59,287 nucleotides of DNA. Origin: Balneolaceae bacterium. GTDB lineage: Bacteria; Bacteroidota; Rhodothermia; Balneolales; Natronogracilivirgulaceae. The notes beneath the pieces are model-generated. The model saw nothing but the letters and a program-made list of their open reading frames with translations, made no database searches and was not told the origin of the DNA. The stretch spans positions 1-59,287 of the forward strand of contig RECX01000230.1 in the NCBI GenBank assembly GCA_007693825.1. The letters run 5' to 3'. This document shows positions 28,850 to 36,316 of the stretch, one piece after another (position 1 is the first letter of the stretch; the number at the start of each line of letters is the position of its first letter). The position numbers and the translations under genes were made by a program.

Positions 28850-29503
28850 TCAGGAATTGTCTCTTAACTTATTCCACTGGTCAAAAAAGGACTGCATTTT
28901 GTCGAAATCCTTTATGCCCGGCGAAACTTCCAGGCTGCTGGAGAGATCTACGCCGAATGGAGCTGTAGCTTCCACGGCCTCTGCGACGTTTTCGTGGGAA
29001 ATCCCTCCGGCAAGGAAGAATGGTTTTTCAGGAGAAAGCTCATTGATCATGCTCCAGTCCCAGCTTTCCCCTGTCCCGCCGCGCATATTGTCATTCTTGC
29101 TGTCAAAAAGATAGAACCGGGCTATCTCATTCCACAGCTTCATTTCTTTTTTGATGCCCTGCAGGTCTGACTCTGCCCGGATCCGGAACACTTTGACAAC
29201 CGGGGCAAGGATCTCCTTGGCATAGGTAACACTTTCATCACCATGCAATTGCACCAGGTCCAGACCCACACGTTCAGAAATGGCATTGACCTCGTCCGGG
29301 TGCTGGTTGACAAACACCCCGACTTTTCCAGGTCCTTCTATCCAGCGGCTGATCTCGGCAGCATCCCTGGGTTGAATGTAACGGGGACTTTCACTTGCAA
29401 ATACAAATCCCAGATAGTCTGCCAGGGCGCCGGCTGCAAAACGGGCATCTTCCAGCGTGGTAATTCCACAGACTTTAAGTTTTGGAAAGGAATGATTCAT
29501 CAT
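28850..29503 (-). CDS. trpF: Phosphoribosylanthranilate isomerase
   Basis: LKVCGITT N-terminus, LAGGI motif, 217 aa. The 5' end overlaps the trpC stop by 4 nt. Confidence 0.92.
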   Translation of the reverse strand: MMNHSFPKLKVCGITTLEDARFAAGALADYLGFVFASESPRYIQPRDAAEISRWIEGPGKVGVFVNQHPDEVNAISERVGLDLVQLHGDESVTYAKEILAPVVKVFRIRAESDLQGIKKEMKLWNEIARFYLFDSKNDNMRGGTGESWDWSMINELSPEKPFFLAGGISHENVAEAVEATAPFGVDLSSSLEVSPGIKDFDKMQSFFDQWNKLRDNS

Positions 29504-30333
29504 GGTTTGGTACGTGCCGTCTGGTTTTTATAATTACATATGGATTCTTTCCGGGTCAGGTTTGACAGCTCGGCACCCGGATCTTCAGCCCGCATGAAAT
29601 GTTCGCCGATAAGCGCGCTGTGTATGCCGTGCTTTTGCAGGTATGCCATGTCTTCCCGTGTGGACAATCCGCTTTCTGAAACGCGCACAACCCCCTCCGG
29701 AGCCGTTGCCAGCAAAGAAACCCCGCGATGAAGGTCCACCTCAAACGTATCGAGATTGCGGTTGTTCACTCCGGCTATCGTTACCATGTCGAAATCAAGG
29801 CGATCCCAATCCTGCCGGTCGTAGCACTCTGTAAGCACCTGCAACCCCTCTTCAGCAGCGGCGGCATGCAACTCCATCAGCTGGCTGTCATCCAGTATCC
29901 TCACAATAAGCAGCACCGCATCGGCTCCATAGGCACGCGCTTCTGTGACCTGGTAGGGATCCATGATGAAATCCTTGCGCAGTACCGGGATCGCCGACAC
30001 GGATGAAACGTCCCGCAAGTACGACAGCGATCCCTGGAAAAAGGGCTCATCGGTCAACACGGAAACCGCGGAAGCCCCATGCCTCTCATATGTCCTGGCA
30101 ATACTGACGGCATTGAAATCGCTTCTGATAATTCCTCTGGACGGGGATGCTTTTTTAATTTCAGCTATCACCGAAACACTGTCTGGCGTGACCAGGGCCG
30201 CCCCGAAATCCCTTCTTGGATGGTGATATGCATCAAAAGAACGAAGATCACGCTCGTTAACGAGCCGCTTCCGCACGGCCACATCTTCTCTCGTCCGGAC
30301 TACAATGGTGTCAAGTATCTTGTTTCCAGTCAT
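29500..30333 (-). CDS. trpC: Indole-3-glycerol phosphate synthase
   Basis: IAEIKKASPSRG, LRKDFI and GVNNRNL motifs. Confidence 0.94.
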   Translation of the reverse strand: MTGNKILDTIVVRTREDVAVRKRLVNERDLRSFDAYHHPRRDFGAALVTPDSVSVIAEIKKASPSRGIIRSDFNAVSIARTYERHGASAVSVLTDEPFFQGSLSYLRDVSSVSAIPVLRKDFIMDPYQVTEARAYGADAVLLIVRILDDSQLMELHAAAAEEGLQVLTECYDRQDWDRLDFDMVTIAGVNNRNLDTFEVDLHRGVSLLATAPEGVVRVSESGLSTREDMAYLQKHGIHSALIGEHFMRAEDPGAELSNLTRKESICNYKNQTARTKP

Positions 30334-30443
30334 AATATCATACTTTTTTTCAAAGCCTTCTCATATTCATCTGACAGGGCATTTCTGTCTTTTGATCATT
30401 CCGGCAACGCAACCGAAATCAATGTTGCAAAAAACTGCACTGT

Positions 30444-31478
30444 TCAGGTTTTTTGTAAATCCATCGTACAAGCTGCAAATTTATGCAGCACGTCACGTGC
30501 CTTGCCTGCTTCCAGGCTCTCTTCTGCTGCATAAAACGCATCCTGTATACTATCATAGATACCGGATGCATGTACCGCAAAAGCAGCATTCAGCAGCACA
30601 ATCTCACGTTGCGCAGATGTAGCCCTGTCATCCAGTATGGCACTGATAATCATCGCATTGTCTTCTGGCGACCCTCCACGCAACTCCTCCGGAGTGGACG
30701 CCGAAAGACCAAACATACCTGCATGGAACATACGGCTGCTGGATAGCGTGCCATTCATCAACTGAAACACATGTGTCGGCGCGGTGGTTGAAAATTCATC
30801 CAGGCCATCATCGGCATGGACCGCATAGGCAAATTCCGTATCAAGATTGGCAAGTATCCGGATAATGTTTTCTGCGGTTTCACGACTGAACGCCCCGATC
30901 ATCTGGCGACGGACTCCGGCCGGATTGAGCATGGGCCCCATGATGTTGAAGAACGTCCGCATCCCCAATTCCTTCCGCACAGGCATCACATGAGCCATGG
31001 CCGGATGGAAAAGCGGGGCAAACATGAATGCCACCCCCGTCTCGCGGTAGCATGTTTCCACCTGATCCTTGTTCAGGCCCGGTTGAACACCCAGGCATCG
31101 CAACACATCAAAACTGCCGCTTCTGCTCGACACCCCCGCATTACCGTGCTTCAGTACCGGCACATCAGCCCCGGCAGCCACGAACATGGCAGCAGTGGAT
31201 ATGTTGAACGTGCCGGAATGATCCCCGCCCGTGCCGCACAGATCAATCGCCGATTCGGTGTCCACCTCAACGGCAATGGCAGCCTCCCGCATTACATGTA
31301 CAAATGCGGTCAGCTCGGCCACGGTCTCACCCTTGCAGCCCATGCCGTACAGAAATGCCGCTATCCGCGCCGGGGACACATTACCCGTGATTATCTCACG
31401 CAGCGCATACTGCGCTTCCTCAGGCAAAAGCTCATCACCTGCCGAAACCTTTTGTAAAATGTAAGTATAATCTCCCAT
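30444..31478 (-). CDS. trpD: Anthranilate phosphoribosyltransferase
   Basis: CGTGGDHSGTFNISTAA and KHGNAGVSS motifs. Confidence 0.95.
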   Translation of the reverse strand: MGDYTYILQKVSAGDELLPEEAQYALREIITGNVSPARIAAFLYGMGCKGETVAELTAFVHVMREAAIAVEVDTESAIDLCGTGGDHSGTFNISTAAMFVAAGADVPVLKHGNAGVSSRSGSFDVLRCLGVQPGLNKDQVETCYRETGVAFMFAPLFHPAMAHVMPVRKELGMRTFFNIMGPMLNPAGVRRQMIGAFSRETAENIIRILANLDTEFAYAVHADDGLDEFSTTAPTHVFQLMNGTLSSSRMFHAGMFGLSASTPEELRGGSPEDNAMIISAILDDRATSAQREIVLLNAAFAVHASGIYDSIQDAFYAAEESLEAGKARDVLHKFAACTMDLQKT

Positions 31479-31486
31479 TTGCAGGC

Positions 31487-32065
31487 TTATTGTTTGATTG
31501 TTTCCCGCTCCATCCAGTTCTGGATAAGTCGCGGCCCTTCTACAGTCAGTATGCTTTCCGGATGGAACTGGATCCCCTCCAGCGGATAGGCACCATGCCG
31601 GATACCCATGACCACCCCGTCTTCACTTCGTGACGTAACCTCGAATTCGGCGGGGATCGTCGACTCTTCAAGAACCAGCGAATGATACCGGGTAGCAGTA
31701 AAGGATTGAGGAACGTCCTTGTAAATCGTATGTCCATCATGCAATATGCACGAAGTCTTCCCGTGCATAAGGGATGGCGCGGAAACCACACTGGCCCCGA
31801 AGGCGTAACCTATGGCCTGATGCCCAAGGCAGACTCCAAGGATGGGGATTCCGGCTCCCAGTTCCCGTATGAGCGAAACGGTTATGCCGGCATCTTCCGG
31901 CCTGCCCGGACCCGGAGAGATCAGGATTTTATCAGGTTCAAGTTTTCTCACCTCGTCCACATCAATCCTGTCATTGCGGACAACCCGGTAGGAATCGGTA
32001 TGCCGGGCCACAAGATGCACCAGGTTATAGGTAAAAGAGTCGTAATTGTCGATGATAAGTACCAT
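31487..32065 (-). CDS. trpG: Anthranilate synthase component II (glutamine amidotransferase)
   Basis: GVCLGHQ catalytic Cys motif and the HPES motif, 192 aa. Confidence 0.93.
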   Translation of the reverse strand: MVLIIDNYDSFTYNLVHLVARHTDSYRVVRNDRIDVDEVRKLEPDKILISPGPGRPEDAGITVSLIRELGAGIPILGVCLGHQAIGYAFGASVVSAPSLMHGKTSCILHDGHTIYKDVPQSFTATRYHSLVLEESTIPAEFEVTSRSEDGVVMGIRHGAYPLEGIQFHPESILTVEGPRLIQNWMERETIKQ

Positions 32066-32080
32066 GTGCAGACACTGGGG

Positions 32081-33124
32081 TTATTGGGTGGAAAAATTAC
32101 GGACGATGCCCGCAGCGCTTCTGACCGGCTCCATGACCGTCTCGGCGCGCTCCCGGGCTTTTCTGCCGCCTTCCCGCAGCATGTCCCGGACCGTGTCCGG
32201 ATCCCGGACCAATTCCTCTCTCCGGGCTCTCGCTTCACTGAAGTAATCCTCGATAAGCGCAAGAAGTTCCTTCTTGGCATGACCGTAACCAAATCCCCCC
32301 GCCTTGTATTTCTCCCTCACCTCACGATTTTTTTCCTCGCTGGCAAACAGCCGGATCAGGGCGTATACGTTGCAGCTGTCCGGATCCTTGGGCTCCTCCA
32401 GCGGCGTGGAATCGGTAACAACAGCCATTACTTTCTTTTTCAAAGCCTTTCCGCTGTCAAATATGTCAATGGTATTGTCGTAGGATTTACTCATCTTCCT
32501 GCCGTCGACTCCGGGCACGGTAGCCACGGATTCCACAATGTAGGGCTCCGGGATGCGCAGATACTCCCCTTCATAAATCCGGTTGAACCGCGCAGCCAGG
32601 TCCCTGGAAATCTCAATGTTCTGTTTCTGATCCGCACCGACCGGAACCACATCCGAGTGGTAGATCAAAATATCGGCAGCCTGCAGGACGGGATAGGTGA
32701 ACAAACCGATATTGGGCTGAAGCCCCTGCGCCACCTTGTCCTTGTAGGATACCCCCTTTTCCATCATGCTTACCGGCGTAAGCGTCCCCAGTATCCATGC
32801 GAGCTCAAGCACCTGCGGGACATCACTCTGCGCGAAAAAAACACACTTCTGAGGATCCATGCCCAGCGCCAGGTAATCCAGGGCCACATCAAACGTGTAC
32901 TGCCTCAGCTTCCCGCCATCCTGCACCGACGTGAGCGAATGGTAGTTGGCAATGAAATAAAAGGCATCGCCTTTTTCCTGAAACTCCAGATGCTGACGGA
33001 TCGCCCCGAAATAGTTGCCCAGATGCAGCCTTCCGGACGGCTGAATACCGGATAGTATGGTTTTGTTTGTGGATGACGGGGCCTGCCCCGCCAAATTCAG
33101 TCCCGTTTGATTCTGCTTGCTCAT
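32081..33124 (-). CDS. trpS: Tryptophan--tRNA ligase
   Basis: Class I signatures GRLHLGNYFGA (HIGH-like) and KMSKS. A TTG at 33136 is an alternative start. Confidence 0.93.
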   Translation of the reverse strand: MSKQNQTGLNLAGQAPSSTNKTILSGIQPSGRLHLGNYFGAIRQHLEFQEKGDAFYFIANYHSLTSVQDGGKLRQYTFDVALDYLALGMDPQKCVFFAQSDVPQVLELAWILGTLTPVSMMEKGVSYKDKVAQGLQPNIGLFTYPVLQAADILIYHSDVVPVGADQKQNIEISRDLAARFNRIYEGEYLRIPEPYIVESVATVPGVDGRKMSKSYDNTIDIFDSGKALKKKVMAVVTDSTPLEEPKDPDSCNVYALIRLFASEEKNREVREKYKAGGFGYGHAKKELLALIEDYFSEARARREELVRDPDTVRDMLREGGRKARERAETVMEPVRSAAGIVRNFSTQ

Positions 33125-33237
33125 AGGTTCGTACAAATAGTGTTTTTGGTTAAAAAAGTGTGTTTTGGCAGTGTGTTTTGGTCCGCTTCTGTCACATCGT
33201 TGTTGCCTGCCGTTCCGGCTTTTTTTTCTGTTGGATA

Positions 33238-34845
33238 CTATTCCAGCTCGAGCGCTATGCGCAGCGCCTCCACAAGAGCCCTTGCCTTGTTGACCGTCTC
33301 GTCATACTCCCGGTCCGGGTCACTGTCCGCCACAATACCCGCCCCGGCCTGGATGTATATGGTGTCATCCGTGACAACCATCGTGCGAATTGCAATGCAC
33401 GTATCCATATTGCCCGAAAAATCAAAGTAACCGACCGCCCCCGCATAAGGCCCCCGTTTTGTGGGTTCCATTTCGTCAATGATCTGCATGGCACGCACTT
33501 TCGGGGCGCCGGATACGGTTCCAGCCGGGAAGCAGTTCTCCAGTGCATCGACAGCCGTGCGGCCCTCTGCCAGGTCACCGCTTACATCCGAGACAATGTG
33601 CATCACATGGGAGTACCGTTCGATGACCCGGTCACGCGTAAGCGCTACCGAATCCGGTCGGCACACACGGGAAAGGTCATTGCGGCCCAGGTCGACCAGC
33701 ATGATGTGTTCTGCCAGCTCCTTGGGGTCCGAAATCAGGTCCTGCTCAAATGCCAGATCTTCTTCCGTGCTCGTTCCGCGTGGACGCGTACCCGCGATGG
33801 GCAGCAGACGCACCGTGTGATCCTGAACCTGAACAAGTACCTCCGGTGACGATCCGACCAAAGCAAACTCCCCGAAATCCAGATAAAACAGATAGGGCGA
33901 CGGATTGACCATGCGCAATGCCCGGTAGAGCATGAACCGGTCGCCGGTGAACCGGCTCTCAAAACGCTGGGAAAGCACAACCTGGAAGATGTCCCCGGCA
34001 TGGATATGCTCCTTTGCCGTCTCCACATTCTTCCGGAATTCCTCACGCGAGACATTGCTTTTTAGCTCATCGCTGGTCCGCCGGTAACCGTCCGCTTCGG
34101 TTACGGGCTGCTTCATGATCCCTTCCATGCGTTCCAGGCAGCCAAGCGCTTCCCGGTACTGCCGTTCATGATCCTCCCCGGGAGCGGTAAACACTGTTTT
34201 TATCAGGATAACCCGGTGTTTGACATGGTCAAAGGCAAAGATTTCATCGTAAAAAGCCCATATGGCCTCGGGCAGCTTCAGGTCATCCTCCGGGACATCC
34301 GGCAATTCCTCTACCTGCCGGACGGTATCGTAAGCGGAGAAGCCCACCGCTCCGCCGGTGAGACGGGGCAGGTCGGGGATTTCCGGCTCCTGCAGGGAGT
34401 GGCAAAGATGACGGAGTGCATCAAAATAGGACTCCTGAAGCACCTGCTCCTGTTCATCCACAAGTTCATTGTCCTGTCCCTGTCCCTGTCCCAGTTTCTG
34501 TCCCTGTCCCTGTTTCTGTTCCTGTTTCTGTTCATCCTCAAGTTTTTGCCCATGCTTCTGCTCCTCCCCCTCAGCGCGGATATCCTGCAGCCCGCTGTTG
34601 CGAAGCCTCGCAAGTGTCACCTTTCCATCCTGAAAACGAAGCACCTGATAGGGATTGCGGCCGAGAAAGGAGTAGCGGGCAAGATGCTCCCCACCCTCCA
34701 CCGATTCGAGAAGGAAAGGAAATTTTCCCTGTTTCCTGATCTTGAGGAACAGGGAGACGGGAGTTACGGTATCGGCCATCATCACCCGGTGAACGGGGAT
34801 GGCGGTGTATCGTTTCGCCAGTTTACAAAAGGTTGCAGCATCCAT
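33238..34845 (-). CDS. trpE: Anthranilate synthase component I, with a Q/K/G/E-rich insertion of about 45 aa
   Basis: LLPIAGTRPRG, GAPKVRAMQII and GAVGYFDFSGNMDTCIAIRT motifs. The low-complexity insert is at aa 91-135. Confidence 0.94.
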   Translation of the reverse strand: MDAATFCKLAKRYTAIPVHRVMMADTVTPVSLFLKIRKQGKFPFLLESVEGGEHLARYSFLGRNPYQVLRFQDGKVTLARLRNSGLQDIRAEGEEQKHGQKLEDEQKQEQKQGQGQKLGQGQGQDNELVDEQEQVLQESYFDALRHLCHSLQEPEIPDLPRLTGGAVGFSAYDTVRQVEELPDVPEDDLKLPEAIWAFYDEIFAFDHVKHRVILIKTVFTAPGEDHERQYREALGCLERMEGIMKQPVTEADGYRRTSDELKSNVSREEFRKNVETAKEHIHAGDIFQVVLSQRFESRFTGDRFMLYRALRMVNPSPYLFYLDFGEFALVGSSPEVLVQVQDHTVRLLPIAGTRPRGTSTEEDLAFEQDLISDPKELAEHIMLVDLGRNDLSRVCRPDSVALTRDRVIERYSHVMHIVSDVSGDLAEGRTAVDALENCFPAGTVSGAPKVRAMQIIDEMEPTKRGPYAGAVGYFDFSGNMDTCIAIRTMVVTDDTIYIQAGAGIVADSDPDREYDETVNKARALVEALRIALELE

Positions 34846-34915
34846 TTCAACCGGACCATTTACAGATTAGTGTTGTGATTCTGACTGTTTAACACGGAAT
34901 TCATCGCTTTTTTAC

Positions 34916-34953
34916 AAAAAAAAACCCGCATCCAGGAAAACTGAAAGCGGGTT
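34916..34953 (-). terminator. Intrinsic terminator of the trp attenuator (AACCCGC-17 nt-GCGGGUU followed by a U run)
   Basis: Minus strand reads CAACCCGCUUUCAGUUUUCCUGGAUGCGGGUUUUUUUUUUG. It lies between the leader ORF and the trpE ATG (34845). Confidence 0.8.
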
Positions 34954-35007
34954 GAAGAAAACTCGGTCACTTGTAAAGCACACACACGGGTACCCTTCCG
35001 CTTTCAG
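34941..35007 (-). promoter_or_regulatory. Antiterminator pairing of the trp attenuator
   Basis: CUGAAAGCGG (35007-34998, includes the leader stop UGA) is perfectly complementary to CCGCUUUCAG (34950-34941). That segment covers 4 nt of the terminator 5' arm plus the adjacent loop. Confidence 0.65.
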
Positions 35008-35057
35008 CAGATAGGCCACCACCACCAGTTTGCAATATGTGTGTTTCTGTTGGACAT
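35004..35057 (-). CDS. trpL: trp operon leader peptide MSNRNTHIANWWWWPIC (17 aa, four consecutive Trp codons)
   Basis: ATG TCC AAC AGA AAC ACA CAT ATT GCA AAC TGG TGG TGG TGG CCT ATC TGC TGA read on the minus strand, about 50 nt upstream of the terminator. Confidence 0.8.
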   Translation of the reverse strand: MSNRNTHIANWWWWPIC

Positions 35058-35144
35058 GAGCGAGAAGTTAAACAAGTTTGAACCACGATGCAACAGGTGT
35101 TCACGAGAAAATATCTTTATTACGCCTCGCCGGCCTCCGGAAAA

Positions 35145-35172
35145 CCAATGCCTGCGTTCCAATGCCTGCGTT
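35145..35172. repeat. Perfect tandem duplication of a 14-mer (CCAATGCCTGCGTT x2)
   Basis: 35145-35158 is identical to 35159-35172. It lies about 90-115 nt upstream of the trp leader ATG. Confidence 0.9.
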
Positions 35173-35203
35173 GACGACAGGATTTCTGGCACAGGATTGC
35201 GAC

Positions 35204-35401
35204 ATTTGCAGGACCGTCGGCATCTGCAGGCCTGGTGACGTGCACAGGACTGTTGGCATGCACGGTCTTGTTGACATGCACGGGCCTGGTGACATGTACA
35301 GGAATGCCGATATCTGCAAGCCTGGTAACTTTCACGGGACTGCCAACATCTGCAGGCCCGGAGACATGCACGGTCTTGTTGACATTCACGGAAGCAAAGG
35401 C
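35204..35401. repeat. Degenerate tandem array of about 11 x 18 bp (consensus ATGCACGGnCTnGTTGAC)
   Basis: Units start at 35204, 35222, 35240, 35258, 35276, 35294, 35312, 35330, 35348, 35366 and 35384. 35258-35275 equals 35366-35383 exactly. Four of the six reading frames carry track ORFs of at least 72 aa across the array. Confidence 0.85.
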
Positions 35402-35515
35402 TAATATTGAACCCTTCGAACAGGTTTGTGTCATCTCAAAACAGTCCGCATGGTATACTTCTACTGATCGTTTTCCGTTATTTCCTGATTGCAACCATTA
35501 CCTCATTAATCTGTT

Positions 35516-36316
35516 TTGAGACAAATCTACCGGTACATTCCCGTCCTTGTCCTGGCATTGACAATTGGAATAACCTCATGCGATGAAACCAGCGGGCCTG
35601 CCGGCATCCTTGAAGAGCGCCCTTCCATTACCGATTTCCAGGTGACGCCGTCCTCGGTCCGCTTTTCTGAAGAGGATGGTTTCAAAGACACGCTCGTCAC
35701 GTTCCGGGCAAATGCCGTCAGCAACATACCTGAGGATTTCCAGCTTGTCGCCGAGCTGGCGGACATCCGCGACCGGCAGATACTGACAAGCAGTACCATG
35801 ACCGCCGATCCCGAAGGATCCGGCGAGTATACCGCCTCGCTCAACCTCACCATGAGCACCAGCCGTTTTGACAACCTGGTGATGTACGTATATCCCCGTG
35901 CCCCGGACGGAACCGTTTTCGACCGGGTGGAGTCCACCATCAAAGTTCGCGGCATTGATACCGGCCGGCCGGAAGTCCTCGAGATCATCCACCCCGACTC
36001 CGTCTTCATCCCCCCGCCCGGCGAACCGGACAACCTGTTTACCATCTCTGCCAGGGTGGCCCATACCTTCGCGCTTGAAAATATCAACAGGGTGCAGCTG
36101 GATCTTTTTGACAGTGCCAATACACGCATTTTCACCTCCAATATGAGCAGATCCGATCCTGACGGCAACGGGGATCCCGAATATCTGCTGTACGGACAGG
36201 ATTTCAGCATCAACTCCGGCAATTCGCCTGACAGCTACCGGATTGAAGTGCACGCAACCGATATTGCAGGTACCGTCAGCGACACGCTCAGCTCCACCCT
36301 AATCATTACCCGATGA
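35516..36316 (+). CDS. Hypothetical lipoprotein with two Ig-like/beta-sandwich repeats
   Basis: TTG start and lipobox LALTIGITSC. Two internally similar halves of about 115 aa. Confidence 0.6.
   Translation: MRQIYRYIPVLVLALTIGITSCDETSGPAGILEERPSITDFQVTPSSVRFSEEDGFKDTLVTFRANAVSNIPEDFQLVAELADIRDRQILTSSTMTADPEGSGEYTASLNLTMSTSRFDNLVMYVYPRAPDGTVFDRVESTIKVRGIDTGRPEVLEIIHPDSVFIPPPGEPDNLFTISARVAHTFALENINRVQLDLFDSANTRIFTSNMSRSDPDGNGDPEYLLYGQDFSINSGNSPDSYRIEVHATDIAGTVSDTLSSTLIITR

Noticed and set aside
30334-30443. Whether the 110-nt trpD-trpC spacer and the 75-nt trpF-trpB spacer are also copies of the dispersed repeat.
   Set aside because: They share only short words (GTCAGATGAAT, AATCGAAGTATTT, GTCACATATAAA). 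The GGAGCATGA core and the hairpin-ACACA module are absent. I could not align them convincingly by eye, so a profile search would be needed.
31682-33055. Very long ORFs antisense to well-supported genes: 31682-33055 (457 aa), 41056-42540 (494 aa), 36340-37635 (431 aa), 16786-17823 (345 aa), 25320-26357 (345 aa), 24046-25062 (338 aa) and 2901-3872 (323 aa).
   Set aside because: Each lies entirely opposite a CDS with strong family motifs (trpG/trpS, psd/rseP, the BNR protein, hprK, DUF4837, cydA, der). Their translations are low-complexity and rich in R, G, P and H, with no recognisable motifs. Stop-poor antisense frames are a known by-product of codon bias. Only Ribo-seq could revive them.
33209-33227. 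GCCG-ttc-CGGC followed by T8 in the trpE-trpS spacer, resembling a terminator.
   Set aside because: It is oriented for the plus strand, where no gene exists. On the operon (minus) strand it reads A8 before the stem with no U tail, and the stem is only 4 bp.
35204-35401. CRISPR array check on the tandem repeats.
   Set aside because: The units are contiguous 18-mers with no unique spacers, they are degenerate, and no cas genes occur in the window.
35078-35519. Four overlapping ORFs of 72-124 aa (35078-35404 +, 35235-35519 +, 35101-35319 -, 35120-35494 -) across the 18-bp repeat array.
   Set aside because: Several frames stay open simply because the 18-nt unit lacks stop codons. There is no signal peptide, no motif and no way to prefer one frame. 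I reported the region as a repeat array and left the coding possibility as something to test.
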